Below are positions 13,000 through 25,716 of a stretch of DNA of 64,000 nt, one piece after another (position 1 is the stretch's first letter; each line of letters opens with the position of its first letter). Source of the DNA: Octopus bimaculoides (taxonomy: Eukaryota). Made by a program: the position numbers and the translations under genes. The notes beneath the pieces are model-generated. The model was given only the letters and a program-made list of their open reading frames with translations, searched no databases and was not told where the DNA came from. Location: contig NC_068990.1 of NCBI RefSeq assembly GCF_001194135.2, positions 78,503,141 through 78,567,140 on the forward strand, given 5' to 3'.

Positions 13000-15547
13000 C
13001 TAAAATAAATGTATAGAAACAAACACAAAGAAAAGAAATGCAAGAGGCTGAGATAATGGATGTGTACAGATAAAAAAATATGGCTTAATTCACCAAGACA
13101 CAAATGAATGAACATCTACATAAATCAGTATTCACAAATACACACACACATACATGTTTAAAATCCACCCAACCTGCCTAAACTCATTGAATTGATTTCA
13201 CTTTGTGTCCTCTCCCACCTGTATATTAGTCCAGCATCCATAAACAATGTCCATTTGGATGAAGAAGCAACTGATGATGATATTGCCAAATGACACTGAT
13301 AAATTGTTAGTTTTCAGTGATACCAGACACTGAGATACAACTCCCTTTTCAGCTCCCAATATCTCAGTATCATTCACTAGAAAAGCTTTTTACAAGCCAT
13401 CATGCCATCAAAAACAACAACCATTTATCATGTTTATATTCATCCTATTTCAATTCTGCTCCATCTCTATTTCAGTTGCAGCATCCTTTTCTTTCTCCTA
13501 ACTAGTCTCTGTCTCTATTTATACAGACTTCCTGTCTCTCCTCCTACCCCTTCTCCCATCACTTTTCAACTGATATGGAAGTGGACATTTCTTTTTGTTT
13601 TGGCATTTACTTATTTATCCCAGAATATCTTTGTTTATTTGTTGCATTAAAAGCACCTGTCGATTAACAAAATAAACCGTGTGTGTGTGTGTTACATGTA
13701 GTTGTTTTAAATACATGTTACATGAGAGTATATGGAAAGCGGGGGTGGGGGTGGACTACGAGAGCTCTGTGTGATAGGAGGAGGAGGAGGAGGAGGAGGA
13801 CTGATGAGCGCACTTTTGTGTTTATGCATGTGTACAAGATAAAGTTAACATAGAAATGGTTATGTATATTAATCACTGTGTGCATATGACATGACAAGCA
13901 CGTAAATGCAAGTGTGAATCATTACTGCTGCTGCCACCACCACAACCTTCACAACCTTCCTAGCAAAGTCATCATACACAATGATTTGACCTTCCTCCAT
14001 GAAAGATGTAGCCTACATTTCACATTGACAACAGTCCATTTTATTCATCACTCTCTCTCTCTCTTTCTCTATTTTAAATGGAAACTAACCTTCATAATTG
14101 TTGAGAGAAGAGTTAATGGGAATAGGTGTGTGCTGGTTATGGCTTGCCTAAAGGTATTTGTAAATAGATTTGAAACTCTGAATAGACAACAATCTGCCTT
14201 AGATTTGGTTCGCAAAAAATTTTACTTCCTTTCTTTAATAAATGACATATGCAAGAAAGTACAAATTCTTAGAGCACCAACAACACAAAACAAATATCAA
14301 GCTATGAAAGGTACAGGTTGCTGCAAAAAGTCATCTCTTAAAAAAATGCTTGTAGTATGATACCGGTTAATGACGATGATGATGATGATGAACTAACTAT
14401 AAACTTACTGCAGATACAAAAGTGAACTCATCAGACAAAATATGAACTACCTTTTAAATGGAAAATCTGGAAGCAAATCAAGCAGAGTTTGATCCCATGT
14501 TGATTGTTTGTAGGTCTGTGGTTATAGAGTGTAGGACAAAAGCCCCTCAGACAAAACCCCCATACTTAAAGTGTGAAAGTGGACAAAAGCCCCTCAGTTA
14601 TATTTTTCAGTTATTTTTTCGTTTTTTTTCTCCTTTTACTTGTTTCAGTCATTAGACTGTAGCCATGCTGGGGCCCTGCCTTGAAGAATTTTTAGTCAAA
14701 TGTATCAATGCCAGAACTCTTTTTTTTTTTCCTTTTTACTTGTTGCAGTTTATTAGACACCACCTTGAAGAATTTTTAGATGACTGTATGGAACCCAGAA
14801 TTTTTTTAAAGTCTGGTCAAAACCACCTCTGTGATATATTTTGTGTCCCCTGTCTCCTTTGTTCTTGTTAAAGCATTAGACTGCGGCAATGCTGGGGCAC
14901 TGCCTTGAAGAATTTTTAGTGGAATGTATCGACCCCAAAATTCTTTTAGGCGATTTTCAACCAATGCATGAAGTTAAACCTAGGTCTCTCCATATGCTAG
15001 AATTAACAGCCAAATCTTACAAATTTTTTTTTTATAATTTCACATAAGCAAAAATGGAAATCACGATTGTAAAAATACTTTTATTTTCCAAAATTCTACT
15101 TTTTAAGTAAACAAAAATATATTCAATCAAAAATAATTAGAAGAGAATAACAGAACACAAGACTCTTTACTACTCAATGTACACATTATCTGAATTCTAA
15201 CAAAAGGGAAAACATTAACTTCAAGAAATGTGTAGAAAGATATAAATAATAAGTACATTTGAAAAACTAGCCTTTGGTACCATAATTCTGTTCGACCTTC
15301 AACGGCTGGAGAAAGTTGAAAAGGTCAGCTCATTCTCATTAATCTCTAAGTGCATAGAGAAGAAAACAAGACTTTAAATTTAAATTTTAAAATGCTGATT
15401 TTTCTGCAGCTAAAAATTCTTCAAGGCAGTGCCCCAGCATGGCCACAGTTCAATGACTGAAACAAGTAAAGAAAAAAAATTCTGGGGTTGTTTTATATCC
15501 TAATCCTGTCTCTTAGATAGTATTGTTTGTTGCACACAGCACACTTA

Positions 15548-15646
15548 GTTTTCGTTGTACTAAGCACTCTTGTTTTTCGTTGTACTAAGCACTCATGTTT
15601 TCCGTTGTACTAAGCACTCATGTTTTCCGTTGTACTAAGCACTCAT
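15548..15646. repeat. 25-bp tandem repeat (GTTTTCCGTTGTACTAAGCACTCAT) x4
   Basis: Units at 15548 (24 bp), 15572, 15597 and 15622; no spacers. Confidence 0.97.
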
Positions 15647-16870
15647 GTTTTTTGCTTGAACAGACTTTAGTGTGATTTTTTAACCCCAAGAAGACATCTC
15701 CTCTAGCTAGTTAACACTGCACAGCTGCATCTGATATATTGCGAGCAGGGGAATTGACCCCTACCACATTCTAGCAATGGGACCAACACACATTAATTCG
15801 AACAACTAACATTACGGCAATTTACGGGTTCAGTGCAAGTTCAACGTGGAACTAACACAACATGCTCTCAATGACTCCTCCTGCGATCTCTTGTCTCAAC
15901 CAATACACTACTCTTTATAAGAGTTTGGCTAGTCTATTCTTCCAATGACTCTCACCACAACAGGTTGATACATTCAACAAAACATTCCTCAAGGTGGTGC
16001 CCCAGCATGGCCACAGTCCAATGACTGAAACAAGTAAAAGATAAAAGATATACTGGGATTGATTTGNNNNNNNNNNAAAATAACCAAATAATATATAACT
16101 GGGGGGGGGGGCTGCTTTCGCACTTTAACTAAGGGGAATTTGTCCGAGGTGGTTTTGTCCGGATCTCGTGATTATATGCAACTGAAACAGGCTTGTACTG
16201 CACAGAAATCAAGGGATATGTTCACAAATAAATGCTGTAGCAACATTGACAATGGTAGTGTGGTGTAAGCACAAATATCACTAAGGATTCCTGCACCAAG
16301 ACTAACATGAGAATCTCAAATTAGCCAGACAAACATGATTGAATAAAACTGCTATTTACCAAGTTCTAAGTTCAAATTTTACCAAGTTGATTTAATTATT
16401 CATCCTTCTACTATACAACAAATAGCAGTCAAGTAGTAAGGTTGATCTTATCACCAGTAAGCCTTCTTCAAAATTGGTGGCCTTCTACATCATCATCATC
16501 ATCATCATCATGTAACGTCCATTGTCCATGCTGGCATGGATTGGATGGTTTGACCAGGGCTGGAAAGCTGGAAGGCTGCACCAAACTCCAGTGTGATTTG
16601 GCATGGTATTTTACACACAATGGTCTATGTGGTGAAGTGGATTATATTTGTACAGCATGCATCCCTTACATACATGCAGTATCTTTGAGAGGCAAAATCC
16701 CATAACAGTATCTTCCCTTCATGAAAAACAGCCATTTTTAGATGTTTTGATTCCTAAAAATTATAATATGAAAAGGTGGTGAAGCCAAAGTTTAAATCTT
16801 TGGTGAATGAGGTTTACAGCAGATTTGATTATCAATCACGGTGATTTAAATTTATGACAAATAAATACAT

Positions 16871-17097
16871 TTAACCCTTTAGTAATTAAACTGGGCATAT
16901 CAGGCCTAAATAGTTTACCTGTTTTATGCTTAAACTGGCCAAATCGAGCCTCCCACACCTATTCTATCATGTCATTCTTAAAATAAACAATTACAACATT
17001 GAAATATCAAAGCTTCAAGATGATGGCTGATAAATTGAAAACAATGTAAGAAAGAAGCACCACATTCAACAGAGTAATCTGAGCACTAAAGGGTTAA
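16871..17097. mobile_element. piggyBac-like MITE
   Basis: TTAA-CCCTTTAG at 16871-16882 and CTAAAGGG-TTAA at 17086-17097: TTAA duplication plus CCC-starting terminal inverted repeats; non-coding interior. Confidence 0.75.
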
Positions 17098-18229
17098 GCC
17101 AGCAATGGCCATCACACTTGATTACTATTATTTCTTCTTAACAATAGAATGCCTTGCAGGATTTATTCAAAACAAATTGTTCTAACTCTCAAGAGTTCAA
17201 ATCTTGCCAAAGTCACCTCTGCCTTTCATTTTTCTAAGGGTCAATAAAGTGCCAGTCAAGTACTGGCATCAATTCTTCTCTCTTACTCTCTGAATCAGCT
17301 ACCTTGTGTTATGATGCCCAGAGTTAGGGATGCTAGATGTCCCTTTTTTTGAGAAATGGCAGACTGAACCAGGGGTTAGCAACATCTCAGAGAAAATCTT
17401 GGTATGCTGCAGAATCATCCAAAAATAGATCAGTGAGAAGTATTTGTATAGGATAGAAATAAACAAGGGTCATTCTTGCCAAGTCACTTGACTAACCGGT
17501 ATCCCCACCCAATTTTTTTTTAGAAAAATAAAATCTCAGTTATTGTAAGAGTATAGATCACATGATCCCCTTTTACCATTATAATTTCTTATCCTTCAGG
17601 TTCAATACTAAGAATGGTTTCTACATTTGGAGGTAGTTAATTCAACTGATCACTCCCTCACTGGTATTTATCTGATTGACCTTCAGTGAATGAAGAGTAA
17701 CATCAACCTGATGGTAATCTGAACTTATAAACAAAGATGAAACTAAACACCAGAGAGTATTTTATCTGCTACTGTCAACTCTGTTAGTCACCATTTCTAA
17801 CACTGATTTCTTACATGTTTTGACTGCAGCCTGTTGGTGATCATGAAATTTGGTACAAAAGAAGTACAAGATGAACAAGACCTAACCCTGTCATTATGGG
17901 TAGGAACCTTTACTATCACAACACACAAGTTGGTGTTGCTGCTACACACACACACACATTTCACTCACCCACATGCTACAACCACTAACCTATATGTGTG
18001 GATTCTTCAATCTATCTCAATTATCACAAATCCAACAGCTTCTGCTTGAACTTTTTCCTAATCCATTCTTCCCAAAAGTCTTCTTGCTCACATTTTTTTC
18101 ATACAGCTGAACGGAGTGAAATGGTCAGAAAAATTGATAGCAGTACCTTAACTAAATAATGTTTTCCCCACCCCATTAAACTAAGTTTTAAAAAGAGTCA
18201 CTCTGTAAAATTTACATAAAGGAAAATAA

Positions 18230-20070
18230 GAAAAATATGAAATTCAATACTTTTTTAATGCTATGAGCAGACTAAAAGTTGCAAAGGTAAATCAAAACCA
18301 TTTTATATAAATAACAACACAAAAACCAGTCATATATTCATAAGAGAAATCTTCCATGGTAACTTACTGTTGTTCCTATTTTTCTGCCTTGTTTTGACCC
18401 CATTAAGAAACTTGTTCAATGAAAACATCATAGGACACAGGTGTTATAAACAAAATATAAATCATCTCCTGTATATGGATTACTTAAAAAAAAATTTTCA
18501 CAAAAAATAACTATAATTTAGAAAACCTTCCAAAAAATTGTCCATACCTTTCACCAAAGACATCAGATTCAACAAATGCGCCAAAGCAAAATTAACCAAC
18601 GCTAGTAATATTTCACTAAGCATAGACAGTGAAATTAACAAATTACATCATAACTACCCATTCAAATACATAGAAATAGATGAAACAGAAGAAAAATATC
18701 AGAAAAAATACAAAAGAAAATTAGGAAAGAATACTATAAAAGAAATTATTGGTTTCAAATTTTGGCACAGGGCCAACAATTTCAGGGCTCAACTGGTACT
18801 TCTTTTATCAACCCTGAAAGGATGAAAGGCAAAGCCAACCATAGAGGAATTTGAACTCAGAATGCTGAGACAAATGATATGCTGCTAAGCATTTTGCTCA
18901 GTGTGCTAACGATTCTGCCAGCTCGCTGCCTTCAAGTTAAAAACTGAACTCAATGCTAAAAAATAAGATATTAGGGATAAATACGTCAGCCATACCAGTC
19001 ATAAACAACTACAATTTCAACATAATAAAATAGAGCTTATGAAAAACTTTAGAAAAACCAGAAAAATACAGACAGTATACCAAAGGAAATATAGACAGAA
19101 TATACCTACCCTGTACACAAAGAAGGCATGGCCTAACAGAAATAGAAATAGTTAGAAACAAAGAATGGAAGATTTATAAATGTAATAAAGAAACTTGAAA
19201 AGAACCAAAAAGATGTTCTTCTCTATACACAAGGAAATGATAAGATACAAAGTAGAAATAGACTAGACTGAAACAATGAATTTAGATAACACAACAGATA
19301 TGGTCGAGACACAAAAAACAATATGAAGATAAACTATGAAACAGAAAGGAAAACTACCCAGTGGTCAATATACCCTGCCAAGGCACACAGAGAAGAAGTA
19401 AAGCAAATGGAAAAAATCAACAATGAGTCAAAAGCAGAAATAGATGAAGTGATCTTTGCTGCATAAGACCAATGTCTGGTACAGACAATGGTAAGTATAA
19501 AATCACGACAATGACTCCTAATACCAAATAAAGGATGTACAACCAGCACAATGAAACATTCAACATCATATCTGGGTACCCGATCCTTGCCAAATCTGAA
19601 TATGTACAGAGGTGGTTGTGTTGACAGCTACATCCACTGGGCAATATGCCAACCCTTCAATGTGAAAATGAATAAGAAGTGGTACAAGTATGATATATAA
19701 CAATGATCTGGTTACAATAGTCTGGGATATGTCTGTACAAACTGACAAAGAAATTAAGGTAAACCATCCAAACATAATAATAATAATAAAAACTGGAAAA
19801 CAAAACATATGCACACTAATAGACATTACAATATCTTCTGATGAAAATATTTCATGTAAATAAGTGGAAAAACTATCAAAATAGAAATATTTAATATGTG
19901 GGACATGAGGGTGCAAACAATACCATGAGTAATTGCAGCTCTAGGTATGCATTTGGAAAGTATGAAAATAAACAACAGAGAAACCATATCAGGAATCACA
20001 ACTCTATACACTTTCCAATAAAATAGCTGTACAAGGAATTGCCCACAATTCAATAGAATAACTTAAACAG
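18230..20070 (+). mobile_element. Degenerate R4/Dong-like non-LTR retrotransposon (RT C-half, CCHC region, REL endonuclease)
   Basis: REIFHGNLLLFLFFCLVLTPL..INHLLYMDYLK (RT QGD/YMDD motifs), FNKCAKA, YPFKYIEI, PKGNIDRIYLPCTQRRHGL, IVWDMSVQTDKEIKVNHPNI, KIAVQGIAH. Interrupted by a SINE at about 18750-18935. Confidence 0.85.
18750..18935 (-). mobile_element. SINE of the most abundant local family (gagttcaaattc...gtcgactttgcctttcatcc core)
   Basis: Same core recurs near 16360, 17170, 30280, 31105, 33935, 34390, 35160, 35385, 36683, 37610, 43545, 43815 and 44230. Confidence 0.85.
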
Positions 20071-20119
20071 AACAATCTTCACATACACCCTATACAATAA
20101 AGCACCTAATAATTTAAAG

Positions 20120-20650
20120 CAGGGGTTGTCAAACTCAATCGCACAAGGGGCCAAAACTCAAATTACACTTAAGGTTGCGGGCCAAACTGGATAAACAGTC
20201 ATTAAACAATGGAAAACTAAACCATTTTTTAAACAATGATATGAATTAAAACAGACAAAAGTTGAAATAATACCAATTTTTACTCTGATGCCAATTTGTC
20301 AGAGCTGGATGTTTGGAATAAGGTTCTGTGTTATGGAGATTCTCAGGATGGATGGCAGGTGTTCATCAGTGAGATGACTCCCATGTGATATTTTGTTAAT
20401 CTTCATCACAGGTATGTACTACCAAATATGCTCAAGATTTGAGCCACATGTAAACGAAGCTGGGGCATCTTTTTAGGAATGAAATGAGTGAACTATGCAG
20501 GCCCCACAGTGTTGTACTTTGCCTTTAGGGCACCATTACACTGCAGCCCTATGAACTCCACCTGCAAATGTACAGAGGTGAAGTTTCCATGTTGATGGCA
20601 AATGGGTTGTAAAACAGCTTGAAACTACTTTCTTGTACTTTTGTTACTAT
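20120..20650 (-). mobile_element. hAT DNA transposon remnant (Charlie/SPIN/OC1-type): transposase C-terminus plus terminal inverted repeat
   Basis: Minus strand with frameshifts reads FKLFYNPFAINMETSP..LQVEFIGLQCNGALKAKYNTVGPA*FTHFIPKKMPQLRLHVAQILSIFGSTYL*..NKISHGSHLTDEHLPSILRIS (hAT dimerisation region). End CAGGGGTTGTCAAACTC at 20120-20136 fits hAT/Charlie TIRs. Confidence 0.85.
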
Positions 20651-23178
20651 GGAAACAGACACCTATATGTCTGTGGCTTTCGACTGGCTAAAATTACTCT
20701 AAAATTTGCAAACTATAAACACTATCAGCTCTTTATTTATTGATTTTTGGTGAAAATGATTTCATGTCAATGATTACCATACAAAACTACACCAATATGC
20801 CAAATATGAAATCAATTGGAACAAAAATTGAAGAAACTGAAAAGTGGCAGCCAAAGAGAAAAATCCCTATTTTTATTCCTTTTAATCAGAAATAAATTGA
20901 GAAAATGTATTTTTCAAGTGTTTCTCATAAACAGTTCCTACTGAAAATTGAAATCAAATTGTAGATTTAGTTTACTGAGTGTTCAGTGTGGCTTAGATCT
21001 AAATAACAGCACCAAAAGGGATTCTCATATGGAACTACTGGTACAAAACTCGAACAAGATAATGCAAAGAGATATTAATTTGTGAGTAATTAGCAGAATC
21101 AATGCAAACAATTGTGATATTGGTTTATAATAAAGGTAGTTGTAGCTGACCAGTTGTTCTAATTGAACATGGCAGATTATCAAAACATTGAGAGAGGAAA
21201 GGGATGATGAGAGTAGGAATGAGATGATCAGATCCAACTAGTCTTTTGTGGAGGAGGAAAATCACTGATGGTGTTATATTTGATGTGCATCGATGTACAA
21301 CTGGAAATCAAATTGATGATATGGGAAAACATTCAAGTTGTTTATGTCTGAGAAACATTTCAAGCTATGGATGCGAGAGCTTTTAAAAGAAATACTTAAA
21401 TTCAATTATAATGGTAAAACTTAAGCTAAACTAAACAGAACCCTAACATCTAAAGAGTACATATGTCGAATTGGCTTATAAAGACAATATGTGTAATATT
21501 TCTTTCCATTTGACATGAGGCTCCTTTTGTAAGAGTTGAGCAAAGCTAGTATATAACTTGTCTCTTTAATGATCTCTCTCCATGAAAATAGCAGAGTATT
21601 GTTTGAATGAGCACTAAACTCATTACATCACAGATAGCATAAAGAACCTTTTGGTGGAAATATCTATAATATTGACTTATTAAAATCAGGAAAAATTGTG
21701 TTAAGAAGTGCAGTCAATTTGACCCCAGTGAATTACTGCTATTACTTGTTTGGTTCTCCAGGTCAATACTGATCAAGCAGACTTATGATTAAATCAAACC
21801 ATGGTCATCCAATCATTTTTATTTTTTCATGAATAATGTACCTTGGATTACATTATTGAATGTACCTCTTTTTAAGATGGCAGAGAGTGGTTTAAGGGAG
21901 ATTTGACTGCTATTTTTAATAGGCTGAATAACCTTTTAAAGGCTTTATCATTGGCTCATTACTGCTATTTATTACAGATAACATTGGTGCTCAACAAAAT
22001 TTGATCTGAGAAACATTTGACACAGAACTAAATGTTAAAAGCTGTTCCACCAATATTAGCCACTGACATAAATATTAAATAATAAGGTCAATGAGGACTC
22101 CACTGATTACTATCATTCGAAAGTATTTGTGATTTGAAGTTAATATATTCCTATACTACAAATGTACAATGTGGTACAATTTGCTTAGTGATTATTTCAT
22201 CCCTCTTTAAGGATGTATGATGTCATGTATTGCAGGTAAGGTTAGAATAATAGCAAAACATGTCTAGAGTTGTCTCCAGTATTTGAAAAATAAATCAAAA
22301 TATTAGACATTAATTAACATTGTATTTCTCCCCTGACCACACAATTTCAGTAAAAATCCTTAATTCCCAATGCATTAAACATATTAACACTAATTTACCT
22401 ATTATTAGATTTAGTTTGATTAACTAGGCTTAAGAATTTGTTACAATAATTATCGAAAACTTAAATAAATTGTAGGAAATGTGTACTACAATAACCAAGG
22501 CACAAACTGGATTTTATTCATTCATTCATTGTTTCTAACAAAATATCTCTTGACTCAAAGAAAACTGCCAGTGATCCATAAGAAGAGGCTTTAGTCATGT
22601 CTTTAGCATAATACAAGAAAGTTTTTGGTATTTTAAAAAATGTCTTCTCTCTTGAATGTTGAAATTTAGAAAAGATATCATGTTTCCTGTGGAGATGCAA
22701 TTAACTCGTAATGTCAAATTCTTACAAAACTGATATATCTTGATTAAAAGATAATCTTTGATTTAGCTTCATTCATCTAAAACAAAATATATGGCAGTTA
22801 GTATTTCCACAAGAATTATGAGAGGACAGAATCATTAAAAAATAAATTCATTTTTGTTAAGTGACAAATATTTGACATAAGACTTCATTTATAAAAGCTT
22901 TCGTGCAAGTAATGTTGTTATATTTTATTTCATATGGGTCATTGCATAATGATTTCATATATAGGCATAATACACTGGAACTATTATGGGAGATAGGGTG
23001 GGGGAATAAGATAGTGAAAAGTTGGAATGTCCATACCATTTCCCAGAGGAACATTAACAACATACACAAATGATTCTAACTGGTGACTGAAGATATTTAA
23101 GATCTTACAATGGCACCAGAGTGTCTAACAACCAACTGTAAAAACTTTTATTACAATTATTTGTGCTCAGGCATGCAT

Positions 23179-23225
<47 letters not shown>

Positions 23226-24660
23226 CACACACGTTTCACGGGAAGGGCAGTAGAAGTGGTTACCATTACAAATTACATGTCTTTTGGCTTTACAACTTTG
23301 CTACATTATAAATATTCAATGAGAATTATATATAGAAAATAAACTATATTAATTTATCAATAATACATTATAATTCATATGATGTATTACATTTATTATA
23401 TAATGTACATATATACTGAAACTAAATGTAATAATTCAATACAAGGCTATCATAGATAGTAAGTACCTAGCTTTTTAAACTGATTCCAACAAAGTAAAGC
23501 TTTTTGAGATAATCCAGTACCCATTCCCTTCTTCTGCTCACCTTCTTGTACCTTGAGTGTTCACCCTGATATCATAATTATTTTATCATATTCTCCAGCT
23601 CCATCCTGCTCACTCTCTTTCCTATCAAAATCAGTAGCTGTGCAGCTCCCCTACAGCAAGACACCTGTTCCATTTTTGGCCCTTCCCTAATACTTCTCCT
23701 AGCATAACCTCTATGGCTGCTCAGACCTGGCAGTACATCAAAGTTTTAATTACAGAACTGAATTTTGTTAAGATGGAATTCTGTTCTACAGGAATGGATT
23801 TTTAAAATATAAAATAAAGACGTAAGGCTTCTCAAAAATAGTACTATTCAGGATTTATTTTGATCAAAGGAAGAAAATTAGTTGTCCCTATTGACAGAGA
23901 CCCTGATTTAATCAGAGAAGAACAACTTAATCCAACAACTTGACCTGGAAAAACAAATTCAGAAATTCTTAAAATAACAAAATTTACAAAAAGAAGTAAT
24001 TTTAAGAATTCTAAATTTGGTATGAGGAAAAAGAAAAAAATGAACATTTTATCAAGAAAGTTTATAAAACTAAATTGGAATTTTATGGAGAAAAGTTACA
24101 AAAAAACATTGTACATTTTTTAAAAAAATGGAAAAGATGACCAAGTTAGTCAGGCAGGACCAATAATTTCATTTATTGCTCCTGAAATGAAGATGAACAT
24201 TGGGCAATGTAACCTCATTATTCAACAATGTGGAAGAAAGAATCCAGGAAACCACAAAATGATTTTAAATATTTGTAGAAATAACTGAAAAACAAACTAA
24301 AAATATGAAGAGAAAGGGGTGGGTGTGATTGTGCTGCAGTTGGATGAGGGTAAATGGTAAAGTGATCCATTTTCCAAAGAATCTTTCTGTTGGTTGTCTA
24401 ACAATCAAATCCGAGAGGCTTTTGCTTAACTAAGGAAATCTAGGTCTCTTTGAATTATGGCAGCCTGTAATTTCCCAAGTACTGTTTTCTTGTGTGCATT
24501 CGAAGACTAAAACATGTAATAAACAGATGTAACCATATTACTGAAAACTGAAAAGTTTATGTAATAAATACACATACACGTGCATGAGAGAATGATTGGA
24601 GAAATATATCGACTGGAAGGTGAGATAGATTATATATATATATATNNNNNNNNNNNNNNN

Positions 24661-24700
<40 letters not shown>

Positions 24701-25329
24701 TGTGTGCATGTGTGTGTGTATGTATGAGTCAGAAGCAAGAATGACTTAACAGTGAGTGAAGTTTTCAGAAATTACTGTACCATTTCAACATCGCAAGTGG
24801 AATGAGTAAGAATGTAGTGGTGGTAGTGGTGTGGTGTATGTGGGTGTGAGTGCTGGTGCTATGAATGCAGTAGTAATAATTTTATAATGAATGGGAACAT
24901 ATTGGTGGAGAAGTTAGTTGTGGAAGGCAAGTAAATTAAAAATTTAAAAAGTAGGTTATGGGGTCAGGTTGTGCTGAAGCTGATGAGCCAACCTCGACTT
25001 TCACCACAATGATAAATATGTCAGCATTGATGAAGCCGTGATATGAGAAAAGTTTATGAAAGAAGATTAAAAGGGAAGAAAAGAATAAAAGTAAGAAAGA
25101 TAATGACATCATAAAGACAAAGGAGAAGAATATGGAAGAGAGGATATATATATATAGTGATCGTGTTTTATTTCACAGATGGACTCAACATTTCTAAGAT
25201 CTCACAGATGACTATGGGTTAGCCTTGCTAACCTCATTATTCAACAATGTGAAAGAAAGAACACAGGAAACCACATATACCATACCTAGAATACTACACA
25301 CTAAATAGTACCTGTGTATTACAGGTGTG

Positions 25330-25716
25330 TGGAGGCGCAATGGCCCAGTGGTTAGGGCAGCGGACTCGTGGTCATAGGATCACGGTTTCGATTCCCAGAC
25401 CGGGTGTTGTGAGTGTTTATTGAGCGAAAACACCTAAAGCTCCAAGAGGCTCCGGCAGGGGTTGGTGGCAAACCCTGCTGTACTCTTTCACCACAACTTC
25501 CTCTCACTCTTACTTCCTGTTTCTGTTGTGCCTGTAATTCAAAGGGCCAGCCTTGTCACACTGTGTCACGCTGAATATCCCCGAGAACTACGTTAAGGGT
25601 ACACGTGTCTGTGGAGTGCTCAGCCACTTGCATGTTAATTTCACGAGCAGGCTGTTCCGTTGATTGGATCAACTGGAAGCCTCGATGCCGTAAGCGACAG
25701 AGTGCCAACAACAACA
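25330..25716 (+). mobile_element. Full-length, young tRNA-derived SINE with target-site duplication
   Basis: A-box TGGCCCAGTGG (25341-25351), B-box GGTTTCGATTCC (25384-25395), (CAA)n tail, flanking ATTACAGGTGTG (25318-25329) and ATTACAGATGTG (25717-25728); CpGs retained. Confidence 0.9.

Noticed and set aside
15548-15646. CRISPR-like appearance of the 25-bp repeats
   Set aside because: Units are contiguous with no spacers, no cas genes are present, and the context is eukaryotic.
25330-25400. tRNA gene (also 39178 and 40738)
   Set aside because: A and B boxes continue into SINE bodies repeated in the window; no acceptor stem closure or terminator.
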